Source: an uncultured Ruminococcus sp.
Lineage (GTDB): Bacteria; Bacillota; Clostridia; Oscillospirales; Ruminococcaceae
NCBI GenBank assembly: GCA_947345935.1
Contig: CAMZZN010000001.1
Location: forward strand, 47,049 to 111,048
Length of the DNA: 64,000 bases
Reading direction: 5' to 3'
Part shown: in pieces, positions 27,524 to 35,996 of the stretch
Layout of the letters: each line of letters opens with the position of its first letter
Position numbering within the stretch: the stretch's first letter is position 1
Program-made: the position numbers and the translations under genes
The notes under the pieces: model-generated
Databases searched by the model: none
What the model was told of the DNA's origin: nothing
What the model saw: only the letters and a program-made list of their open reading frames with translations

Positions 27524-28123
27524 ATGATAAAGATAAGTCAGGCTGTGATAGTCGAGGGAAAATACGATAAGATCAAACTTTCATCAATTATAGACGGTAC
27601 TATTATCGTAACCAATGGGTTCGGGATTTTTAAAGATAAAGAAAAACTGGAACTTATACGCTATTATGCCCGTACGACGGGAATTATTATCCTGACCGAC
27701 TCCGACAGCGCCGGGCGTAAGATACGAGGCTATATAAAGGGTGCAGTGAACGGCGGCAGCATAAAGAACGTGTTTATTCCGGATATCTTTGGCAAGGAAA
27801 AACGAAAGGAAAAGCCGTCCGCAGAGGGAAAACTGGGGGTCGAGGGCGTTGATGTTGGAATACTTTTTGAAGCCTTTGAAAAAGCGGGGATCGCTGCTTC
27901 TGAAAGTCTGATGACAGGCGATATAACAAAGCAGACTATGTTTGAACTTGGTCTTAGCGGCGGTACCGGCAGCAGAATTCTGCGTGAACGTCTTCAGAAA
28001 GAACTGGGACTTCCTTCGGTGATGTCTGTGACGTCACTTATAGAGGTGCTCAATACAATGATGAGCGCTGATGAGCTTAAACAGCGTGTAATTTCGGAAA
28101 CGGAGGGGTCGGATGATATATAG
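27524..28123 (+). CDS. rnmV: Ribonuclease M5 (TOPRIM plus DUF4093)
   Basis: IVEGKYD, ILTDSDSAGRKIR, GKLGVEG. Confidence 0.85.
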   Translation: MIKISQAVIVEGKYDKIKLSSIIDGTIIVTNGFGIFKDKEKLELIRYYARTTGIIILTDSDSAGRKIRGYIKGAVNGGSIKNVFIPDIFGKEKRKEKPSAEGKLGVEGVDVGILFEAFEKAGIAASESLMTGDITKQTMFELGLSGGTGSRILRERLQKELGLPSVMSVTSLIEVLNTMMSADELKQRVISETEGSDDI

Positions 28124-29492
28124 CAGTCTGCTGTTTATTTATATTTTTTTCCCTGTTTCTCTGCTGATATACTATGTCACCCCGAAAAAGCACCGGAATA
28201 TTACGCTTCTTGTACTGAGTATGATTTTCTGCGCCGGGTCAGGAATAGGATTTTTGATGTTTATGACTGCATATACGGCGTTGAATTACGCAGCCTGTAT
28301 ATTAATTGAAAAATACCGTTCAAATAAATGTATATCTGGGGTTATATTGGGACTGGCGCTGCTGCTTGATATACTGGTTCTGTTTATTTTCCGCAGCAGT
28401 TTTTTCAGTTTATACAGGGAATTTCTTTTAATTCCGGAGTCATTTTTTCCGGTTGGAATATCTTTTTTTACGCTTTCGGCAGTTGGCGCTCTTGCAGACG
28501 TTTACTGTGGGAGGGTGAAAGCGGAGAAGAATATAGTATCGTTTGGTCTTTATATCATGTTCTTTCCAAGGCTTATAATGGGACCGGTACTGCGCTATTC
28601 AAGTTTCCGGAAGATGCTTGACAACCGACATGACGGTCTTTCAGGGATCGGTGTAGGTGTCTCGTTATTCGTAAAAGGATTTGCAAAAAAGGTGATAGCA
28701 GCCGACAGTCTTTATGCTCTTTATACTGCTTCTGTCAGCGTTGACGTGGATGAAATGGCAGCTCTTACAGCGTGGTTGGGAGTGACGTCATATTTACTGT
28801 GTTTTTATTTTACTTTGTCCGGCGTTTCCGACATGGGTGCAGGTATAGGTCATTGTTTCGGATTTCGTCTGCCGCAGAGCTTTAACTATCCCGTTTTCAG
28901 TTCAAATATCAGATATTTTGCCGCCCGGTGGCATATACAGGCTGTTCAGTGGTTCAGGCGATACGTTACCAGACCGCTTTTGTGCTTTTCTTCGAACAAA
29001 GTATTCAGAATCTTTGCATTCATTTCGGTATGGGGACTTTTCGGCTTCTGGTATGCATTTGACGTGAACGGAGCGGTATGCGGTGCGGTGTTGGGCACGG
29101 CTATCATTATTGAAACACGTTTCAGACACGGACGGCTTCTTCCCTTAACAGGCGTATTTTACACCTTTATAATATCTGTGATATGTTCCGCTTTTATGGC
29201 GGGGGACAGTCTTGCGTATTCGTTCAGATATCTTTTTGCTATGATCGGCGGAAACGGTATCATAGCGGATTCTCTATCGGTTTATCTGCTAAAATCATAT
29301 ATATTGATACTTCTTATAAGTATGTATGCGTCTACAAGTCTTTTCAGAAATCTTTTGATGCGTTCCGGACACGGAAAGGAACAGCGTATTATTACGGTTC
29401 TGTCCCCGGTGATCGTGCTTGCCATGATGATACTCTGTACTGTTTTTATTTCTTACAGGGGAAGTTCGGGAATAGATCTGCTGAAAATGTAA
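28113..29492 (+). CDS. AlgI/PatA-like MBOAT membrane protein (catalytic His position is Tyr)
   Basis: PVGISFFTL, FFPRLIMGPVLR, GFAKKVIAAD, FNYP, RWHI; WHG motif reads WYA. Confidence 0.85.
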   Translation: MIYSSLLFIYIFFPVSLLIYYVTPKKHRNITLLVLSMIFCAGSGIGFLMFMTAYTALNYAACILIEKYRSNKCISGVILGLALLLDILVLFIFRSSFFSLYREFLLIPESFFPVGISFFTLSAVGALADVYCGRVKAEKNIVSFGLYIMFFPRLIMGPVLRYSSFRKMLDNRHDGLSGIGVGVSLFVKGFAKKVIAADSLYALYTASVSVDVDEMAALTAWLGVTSYLLCFYFTLSGVSDMGAGIGHCFGFRLPQSFNYPVFSSNIRYFAARWHIQAVQWFRRYVTRPLLCFSSNKVFRIFAFISVWGLFGFWYAFDVNGAVCGAVLGTAIIIETRFRHGRLLPLTGVFYTFIISVICSAFMAGDSLAYSFRYLFAMIGGNGIIADSLSVYLLKSYILILLISMYASTSLFRNLLMRSGHGKEQRIITVLSPVIVLAMMILCTVFISYRGSSGIDLLKM

Positions 29493-29504
29493 CGGGAGGC
29501 AGTC

Positions 29505-30659
29505 ATGAAAAATTCAGACAGCAAAATAACCGCAGTAATTGTACTGATATATTTATCCGCTGTGATGCTGTTTATTTTCTTTGGAAATGGAAACGACAGA
29601 ACCGGAATTTACGTTGGTTCCTGCCGGAAATCGTATTGTATATCAGTATCGGACGTTATGGACGGCAGTTATATGGAATATCTTACGGAGCGTGCCGCAA
29701 GCCGGCTTCCGGCACGCAGCCGTATGATAGCGGCGGACTCAAGACTTAAATCGGCAATGAACGAGAGCATAGTAAACGGTGTCTGTGTGGACAGCAGTAT
29801 GCTTCTTGACGCCGAAGTTTCAGACAGAGGTTCAACGACTAAAAATGCCCGGATAATAAACGAATTCTGCGGCAATTATAAAGGGGCTGTTTATTTTGCG
29901 GCGATACCTACATCTTCAGGAGTATATGAAAGCCGCTTGCCGGAGTATATGCGCAAAAATCCGGAAAGTTTGCAGATAAGCAGCTTTTACGGTGAACTTG
30001 AAGGGAATATCCGGGAAATAGACGCATATAATATCCTTAAAATGCTGAATGAAAATTATATCTACTACCGGAACGATACAAGGTGGACGAGTTACGGGGC
30101 ATATTGCGTTTACAGAACGGTGATACAAAAGCTGGGATTCAGTCCCGTTGCCTATGACAAATATACGATAGATCACGTTGTCGACGATTTCAGGGGGAAT
30201 CTTTACGCCAGAACTTTTTATTCTCGTGTCAGACCCGATATAATAGATATTTATAGATATCCCGAAGGATCGGGGATCATAAGCTGTACCGCTTACGACA
30301 ATGATATGAAGAGCTTTGCAGGTAAGCTTTACGACAAGTCGTTTATTGATTCGGGGGATATGTACGATATGTATCTCGGTGAAAAACGTCCTCTTATAAG
30401 AATAAGGACAACGGTTAACAATGAGCGCAGGCTTCTTGTAATAAAGGATAGTTTTGCCGATTGCTTCATACCTTTTCTTACACAGCATTACAGTGAGATC
30501 GACATTGCAGATCCGGCTTATATGGAAGGCTCTATAAGTAATTTTGTCGACCCCGATTATTATGAGCAGATCCTCTTTCTTTTCGGGATAGACAGCATGG
30601 ATGATGAAAATTTATTTGACGTACTGGCAAATACGCCGGAAGAAAGGAGCGCAGAATGA
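29505..30659 (+). CDS. DHHW-family (AlgJ/AlgX-like) protein with DTRW variant motif
   Basis: YYRNDTRWTSYGAY, FRGNLY, YDMYLG, LLVIKDSFAD; adjacent to the MBOAT gene. Confidence 0.82.
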   Translation: MKNSDSKITAVIVLIYLSAVMLFIFFGNGNDRTGIYVGSCRKSYCISVSDVMDGSYMEYLTERAASRLPARSRMIAADSRLKSAMNESIVNGVCVDSSMLLDAEVSDRGSTTKNARIINEFCGNYKGAVYFAAIPTSSGVYESRLPEYMRKNPESLQISSFYGELEGNIREIDAYNILKMLNENYIYYRNDTRWTSYGAYCVYRTVIQKLGFSPVAYDKYTIDHVVDDFRGNLYARTFYSRVRPDIIDIYRYPEGSGIISCTAYDNDMKSFAGKLYDKSFIDSGDMYDMYLGEKRPLIRIRTTVNNERRLLVIKDSFADCFIPFLTQHYSEIDIADPAYMEGSISNFVDPDYYEQILFLFGIDSMDDENLFDVLANTPEERSAE

Positions 30660-31432
30660 AAGCACTTGTAACGGGAGCCACCTCCGGAATAGGGAAAAAG
30701 ATTGCTGAAAAACTCGGTGAAAGAGGCTGGGAGCTTATTCTCACAGGGCGCAACGAAAAGATATTGAAAGAAATGCAGAAAAGTCTTGGACATACGGAAA
30801 TAATTGCTGCCGATATATCACAGAAGGACGAAGTTTACAAAGTCTATGAATTTTGCAGGGATAAGGATATTGATATGCTGGTGAATAACGCCGGTTTTGG
30901 TATTTTTGGAAAATTTGCCGATACCGGTCTTGACGGCGAGCTTGAAATGATAAATGTAAATATCACTGCCGTTCATATGCTTATGAAGCTTTTCCTCCGG
31001 GATTTCAGGAAGCGTAACAGCGGAATAATCCTTAATGTTGCGTCAGTAGCAGGATTTATGCACGGTCCCCTTATGTCCGGGTATTACGCCTCAAAGAATT
31101 ACGTTCTCAGGTTGTCTATGGCTGTTCATGAAGAACTTCGCCGTGAGCGTTCAAACGTAAGCATAACTGTGCTCTGTCCGGGGCCTGTAGATACGCAGTT
31201 CAACAACCGTGCAGGCGTGAGTTTCAGCGCAAAGCCGATAACTGCCGATTACGCTGCGGAGTACGCTCTCAGAAAAGCTTTTTCAGGCAGTCTGCTGGCT
31301 GTTCCGGGACTTACGGCAAAGTTCTGTACCCTGGGACAGCGATTCGTGCCCTATAAGCTTCTGTCGGCGGCAGTATATCATATTCAGCACGCAAAGAAAT
31401 CTCCTGACGTCAGCAAAAAGGTAATAGAATGA
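30656..31432 (+). CDS. Short-chain dehydrogenase/reductase
   Basis: TGATSGIG, NNAGFG, YYASK, CPGPVDT. Confidence 0.93.
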   Translation: MKALVTGATSGIGKKIAEKLGERGWELILTGRNEKILKEMQKSLGHTEIIAADISQKDEVYKVYEFCRDKDIDMLVNNAGFGIFGKFADTGLDGELEMINVNITAVHMLMKLFLRDFRKRNSGIILNVASVAGFMHGPLMSGYYASKNYVLRLSMAVHEELRRERSNVSITVLCPGPVDTQFNNRAGVSFSAKPITADYAAEYALRKAFSGSLLAVPGLTAKFCTLGQRFVPYKLLSAAVYHIQHAKKSPDVSKKVIE

Positions 31433-31971
31433 TGCATGATGTGAGTTACCGTGTGGCGCTTGGAGGCATAGTATCGGCGCTTTGTCTTTTGACCATGTTT
31501 CTGGCAGGGATCATTGCGCCGCTGTATATTGTTTTTCCCATGATCGCCGGCTGCCTTATGATGATAATTGCCGTAGAGGTCAGCCGTGGCTGGGCAATGC
31601 TGACCTACATAGCTGTAAGTCTTTTGTCGCTGCTTGTAACATTTGATAAAGAGGCGGCGCTGCTTTTTATTCTTTTTTTTGGACATTATCCGATTCTGAG
31701 GATGTATCTGGAAAAAATACGGTTTAGTCTGCTGCGGAAAGTATTGAAATTCCTGATTTTTAACGGATGCATTCTGGCATATTTTTTCATAACCGTCTAT
31801 GTTGTCGGTCTTGACCAGATGCTTGAGGAGATGGGAGATTTTGGAAAATACGGCGGTCTGATCATGCTTTCCCTTGCGGATGTGATCTTTGTACTGTACG
31901 ATCTTAACCTGAATATTTTCTATAATTCTTATAATCAGAGATTCATGCCCAGGCTGAGAAAAAAACGTTGA
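31429..31971 (+). CDS. Conserved hypothetical membrane protein
   Basis: About five TM segments, FFGHYP motif; overlaps the SDR stop. Confidence 0.7.
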   Translation: MMHDVSYRVALGGIVSALCLLTMFLAGIIAPLYIVFPMIAGCLMMIIAVEVSRGWAMLTYIAVSLLSLLVTFDKEAALLFILFFGHYPILRMYLEKIRFSLLRKVLKFLIFNGCILAYFFITVYVVGLDQMLEEMGDFGKYGGLIMLSLADVIFVLYDLNLNIFYNSYNQRFMPRLRKKR

Positions 31972-32011
31972 ATCAAAAACATGACAACTGTATTTGCTTT
32001 TATTATGTATA

Positions 32012-32040
32012 TCAGGGAGTTTTTGTATCCCTGACTTCTT
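32012..32040 (+). terminator. Possible terminator of the preceding operon
   Basis: TCAGGGA / TCCCTGA stem followed by CTTCTT; weak T tract. Confidence 0.45.
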
Positions 32041-32070
32041 GTTAAAGGAAATGATTTCTGTTTGGTTTTC

Positions 32071-32232
32071 ATTCTGATTCTTTAAATTTCCCTTGAGGGG
32101 ATTTTAAAGAATCAATAATGGGTTTCCAAAGGGTGACTTCCCACAGTGTGGGGAGATGTCACGCAGTGACAGAAGGGACGGGCGCCGGTAAGGCGTGTAC
32201 TTCCCTTTGGCAGGGGGGACAGAGTCCCCTCT
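32071..32232. repeat. Composite palindromic REP/MITE-like element
   Basis: Hairpins: TGATTCTTTAAA/TTTAAAGAATCA; CCAAAGGG/CCCTTTGG enclosing TTCCCAC/GTGGGGA, TGTCAC/GTGACA and GCGCC/GGCGT; then GGGGGAC/GTCCCCT. Confidence 0.65.
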
Positions 32233-32272
32233 TATAAACATGAATAGAAGCAAATGCCGTGAGCAAAAAATA

Positions 32273-32302
32273 TTGACAAAACTATGATATTTGTTGTATA
32301 AT
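32273..32302 (+). promoter_or_regulatory. Sigma-A promoter of glmS
   Basis: TTGACA, 18 nt, TATAAT, about 30 nt before the ATG. Confidence 0.7.
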
Positions 32303-32334
32303 GAAATAGTATTTATATTAATGGAGGTAAATTT

Positions 32335-34173
32335 ATGTGCGGAATTGTTGGTTTTACCGGAATATCACAGGCAGCTCCCATTCTGCTTGACGGACTTTCC
32401 AAACTGGAATACAGAGGCTATGACTCAGCAGGAATAGCCATTCGTGACGACGACGGCGAAACAGAAATCGTCAGAGCAAAGGGTAAGCTTAAAGTACTTA
32501 AAGAAATGACAAATAACGGCAGCGCTGTCAGCGGAAACTGCGGAATCGGGCATACAAGGTGGGCTACCCACGGAGAACCGTCCGCCGTCAATGCTCATCC
32601 TCATAGCAGCGACGACGCTAACGTTATCGCTGTACACAATGGAATTATTGAGAATTATCAGGAACTGCGTGAAAAACTTCTTAAAAGCAGTTATGAATTC
32701 AAGTCGCAGACCGATACGGAAGTAGCGGTAAAGCTTATCGATTATTACTATAAAAAGTACGGGCTTGGTCCGGTGGACGCTATATGCCGTGCAATGATCC
32801 GTATAAGAGGTTCTTATGCGCTTTGCGTAATGTTCAGGGACTATCCCGGAGAGATCTATACGGCTCGTAAGGATAGTCCTATGATAATCGGAATCTCCAA
32901 CGGCGAAACTTACGTCGCTTCTGACGTTCCGGCTATTCTTAAATATACCAGGAACGTTTATTATATAGGCAATATGGAAATTGCAAGACTTGAAAAGGGA
33001 AGGGCTACATTTTATAATATTGACCGTGAGGAGATCAGTAAGGATATTACCGAGATCAAGTGGGACGCCGAAGCAGCAGAAAAAGACGGCTATGAACACT
33101 TTATGCTCAAGGAGATCTACGAGCAGCCAAAGGTAGTTAAGGATACTATCAACTCGGTTGTCAAGGACGGAAAAATTGATTTCAGTGAAATTGGTCTGAC
33201 TGACGAAGAGATACGGAAGATCAGTCAGATATATATCGTTGCCTGCGGTTCTGCATATCATGTAGGAATGACTGTTCAGTATGTGATCGAAGATCTTACC
33301 TCCCTGTCGGTAAGAGTGGAGCTTGCGTCAGAATTCCGCTATAGAAAAATGACGCTTGCGAAGGATAGTCTTGTTATTATAATCAGTCAGTCAGGAGAAA
33401 CTGCCGACAGTCTGGCTGCTCTCAGAGAAGCAAAGGAAAAGGGCATAAAAACTCTGGGTATAGTCAATGTAGTAGGATCTTCAATCGCTCGTGAAGCGGA
33501 TAATGTTTTCTATACGCTGGCAGGACCTGAAATTTCTGTTGCTACTACGAAGGCTTACAGCACGCAGCTTATCGCAGGGTATCTTCTTGCGATGCAGTTT
33601 GCCGTTGCAAGGGGCGAGATGACTGAAGAAAAGTGCGCTGAAATGATAAATGAACTGAATACTATTCCGGATAAGATTGAAAAGATACTCGAAGATAAAG
33701 AGCGTATACAGTGGTTTGCAAATAAACTTGTCGGAGCAAAGGACGCATTCTTTATCGGCAGGGGAATAGATTATGCTATCAGTCTTGAGGGAAGCCTAAA
33801 AATGAAAGAGATCAGTTACATTCACTCAGAGGCATATGCGGCAGGCGAGCTCAAGCATGGTCCTATAAGTCTTATCGAGGACGGAATTCTTGTTATAGGC
33901 GTTCTTACGCAGCAGGATCTTTACGAAAAGACTGTCAGCAATATGGTAGAGGTTAAGAGCCGGGGAGCTTCTCTTATGGGGCTTACTACCTACGGCAACT
34001 ACAGCATGGAAGATACCGCCGATTTCACGGTATATATTCCGCATACCGATCCCCATTTTGCAGGAAGCCTGTCGGTAATTCCGCTTCAGCTTTTAGGATA
34101 TTACGTATCTGTTGCCAAGGGATATGACGTAGATAAGCCGAGAAACCTGGCAAAGAGCGTCACTGTAGAATAA
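32335..34173 (+). CDS. glmS: Glutamine--fructose-6-phosphate transaminase
   Basis: MCGIVG, EYRGYDSAG, HTRWATHG, HNGIIEN, SQSGET, ELKHGP, KPRNLAKSVTVE. Confidence 0.99.
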   Translation: MCGIVGFTGISQAAPILLDGLSKLEYRGYDSAGIAIRDDDGETEIVRAKGKLKVLKEMTNNGSAVSGNCGIGHTRWATHGEPSAVNAHPHSSDDANVIAVHNGIIENYQELREKLLKSSYEFKSQTDTEVAVKLIDYYYKKYGLGPVDAICRAMIRIRGSYALCVMFRDYPGEIYTARKDSPMIIGISNGETYVASDVPAILKYTRNVYYIGNMEIARLEKGRATFYNIDREEISKDITEIKWDAEAAEKDGYEHFMLKEIYEQPKVVKDTINSVVKDGKIDFSEIGLTDEEIRKISQIYIVACGSAYHVGMTVQYVIEDLTSLSVRVELASEFRYRKMTLAKDSLVIIISQSGETADSLAALREAKEKGIKTLGIVNVVGSSIAREADNVFYTLAGPEISVATTKAYSTQLIAGYLLAMQFAVARGEMTEEKCAEMINELNTIPDKIEKILEDKERIQWFANKLVGAKDAFFIGRGIDYAISLEGSLKMKEISYIHSEAYAAGELKHGPISLIEDGILVIGVLTQQDLYEKTVSNMVEVKSRGASLMGLTTYGNYSMEDTADFTVYIPHTDPHFAGSLSVIPLQLLGYYVSVAKGYDVDKPRNLAKSVTVE

Positions 34174-34187
34174 TTTTTATTATATAA

Positions 34188-34217
34188 ACGGGCGGCAGCA
34201 TTGACCGCCCGTATTTT
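34188..34217 (+). terminator. Terminator after glmS
   Basis: ACGGGCGG / CCGCCCGT stem followed by ATTTT. Confidence 0.7.
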
Positions 34218-34231
34218 CTGGAGGTTATAAT

Positions 34232-34879
34232 ATGAGTAAAAATACAGAACAAAAGATGTCTGTTACCGAACTTGGAAATCCGGGAAAACCTCACGGAAGT
34301 GCAGGAGAAGAAATGTTACGTGGTATGAATGAGCGTCACTATGCCGTTACCGGCTGGGCGCTGGATTTCCTTGAACTGTACCCGGAAAGCAGAGTTCTTG
34401 ATATCGGCTGCGGAGGCGGTGAAACGCTCCGGCGCATGACAGGATATATAAAGGGAGGACGTCTCACCGGCGTAGATCATTCGCCTCTTTCCGTTAAGAT
34501 GAGCGCTGCACGGAATCGTGAGTCGGTTGACGCCGGAAAAATGGAAATAATATGCGCTTCGGTATCCGAACTGCCTTTTGAGGATGATTCCTTTGACAGG
34601 ATAATCACTGTAGAAAGCTTTTATTTCTGGCCTGACCCGGAAAAAGATCTCCGTGAGGTTCTGCGTGTGCTTGACAGCGGCGGAATTTTCCTGATAACTG
34701 CGGATATATACGGAGATGCTGATCTTTCCGGCGAGGACAGAGAAAACATTGCAAAGTATGGACTTTTCAATCCGACTATTGACGAATTCCGGAAGCTGCT
34801 TGAAAATGCCGGTTTCCGTGAAGTTAAGATACACACTAAAGAAAACACGAGCTGGATATGTGCGGAGGGAAGAAAATAA
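34232..34879 (+). CDS. Class I SAM-dependent methyltransferase
   Basis: VLDIGCGGG, GVDHS, FDRIITVESFYFW. Confidence 0.88.
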   Translation: MSKNTEQKMSVTELGNPGKPHGSAGEEMLRGMNERHYAVTGWALDFLELYPESRVLDIGCGGGETLRRMTGYIKGGRLTGVDHSPLSVKMSAARNRESVDAGKMEIICASVSELPFEDDSFDRIITVESFYFWPDPEKDLREVLRVLDSGGIFLITADIYGDADLSGEDRENIAKYGLFNPTIDEFRKLLENAGFREVKIHTKENTSWICAEGRK

Positions 34880-34887
34880 GTTTTTTC

Positions 34888-35541
34888 TCAGATCTCGCTC
34901 CATGCATAGCGGGTGTAGTCCGGAACGTCGCCTATTATCACTGTTTCAGCCAGAAGAAATTCAAATTCTACTTCTGTATCAAAGGAATAAATAGGCAGAG
35001 CAGAGCGTATTTCAGCTTTTACAACGGCAGAAATGCGATGAGTCGTTTGATTGATTCCGGCAGAATCGAAAGTACTTTTCAGCCGGACTGATATTTTTTC
35101 CGCAGGGCATATCTTTATCTTTATATCCGGACCTCTTCCTGCCAGAACGTACGAACCGGTGAGAGAACCGGCAGGAATACGGTGCACTGAATCGGACATA
35201 CGGCTGAATTTTCTGCGTATCAGGAGAGTAAGTTCCGACTGAATACGATTGATATTGACGGGGATTGCTTCAATTGATGCCGGGTGACCGTTTTCGTCAT
35301 AAAGCACGGCGGCAAAATCACTGTATGAGAAATTATTTTCCGCAAGATATTCCGCAACTGATTCCGATATGGCTTCTTCAGCGGTTTTGCGGGCAAAATG
35401 TTCTGCTTGAGCTGCGGCGGCAGGTTTCAGCGCCTTGTCAGTTTTTATGATGCAGATTATCAGCAGAATTATCATTATTATAAAAATTGCAGCTCCGATC
35501 AGAGGTCGGAGCTCTTTTTTTCTGTGCTTTCTTTTTCTCAT
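34888..35541 (-). CDS. yunB: Sporulation protein YunB
   Basis: N-terminal TM, IPAGSLTGS..LAGRGP, FDSAGINQTTHRI, ETVIIGDVP. Confidence 0.85.
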   Translation of the reverse strand: MRKRKHRKKELRPLIGAAIFIIMIILLIICIIKTDKALKPAAAAQAEHFARKTAEEAISESVAEYLAENNFSYSDFAAVLYDENGHPASIEAIPVNINRIQSELTLLIRRKFSRMSDSVHRIPAGSLTGSYVLAGRGPDIKIKICPAEKISVRLKSTFDSAGINQTTHRISAVVKAEIRSALPIYSFDTEVEFEFLLAETVIIGDVPDYTRYAWSEI

Positions 35542-35686
35542 GCAGTTCCCTCCGTTCCTGATTACAATATATTCCGCAGGGGCTTTATTTGTGACAGTAT
35601 TCTATGATTATCTTTCATAATGACCAGAAAAATATATAGATTGTGAAAAAATGAACAAAAGGTTATATATGTTGTAATATTTATCA

Positions 35687-35715
35687 TTGAAATTGATTTT
35701 GTCATACTGTATAAT
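35687..35715 (+). promoter_or_regulatory. Strong sigma-A promoter upstream of the structured element and GH9
   Basis: TTGAAA (35687-92), 17 nt, TATAAT (35710-15). Confidence 0.75.
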
Positions 35716-35719
35716 AAAA

Positions 35720-35940
35720 TTAAGGCAGCACTGCACAAAGATTGTGTGACAGATGTACTCTGCGAGCATAAACTCCGTCAGATTTTTCGTCAGATTGTGC
35801 AGAAATTTCGCAGGCATACTGTCGTATGTCAAGAAATTTATGTGTAAGATGTCGGAAAATATGTAAGCAGATGACGTGCAAAGCCGTCAGGCGTGCTTTG
35901 TGCGGTGTTGCCTTAAGGCGGCATCTGCACTGTTGCTGCC
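35720..35940 (+). ncRNA. Unidentified ~200-nt rod-like structured element (6S-like RNA, regulatory leader or MITE)
   Basis: 21-bp terminal pairing 35720-40/35896-916 (19 WC plus 2 G.U), nested inner stems, and alternative hairpins at 35900-930 and 35917-940. Confidence 0.45.
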
Positions 35941-35996
35941 GAAAAAAATGCCATTTCTGCGTTAAGCGGCAAAGGCGGATATGAGAGGGAAAATTT

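Noticed and set aside
31972-32334. glmS ribozyme
   Set aside because: Core sequence not found, and the promoter lies downstream of the hairpin cluster.
35720-35980. ANTAR dual-hexaloop targets or c-di-GMP riboswitch in the GH9 leader (CAAAG... motifs)
   Set aside because: The CAAAG(G/A/C) hexamers lack proper 3-bp closing stems and paired spacing, there is no U-tract terminator, and the GEMM layout is not met.
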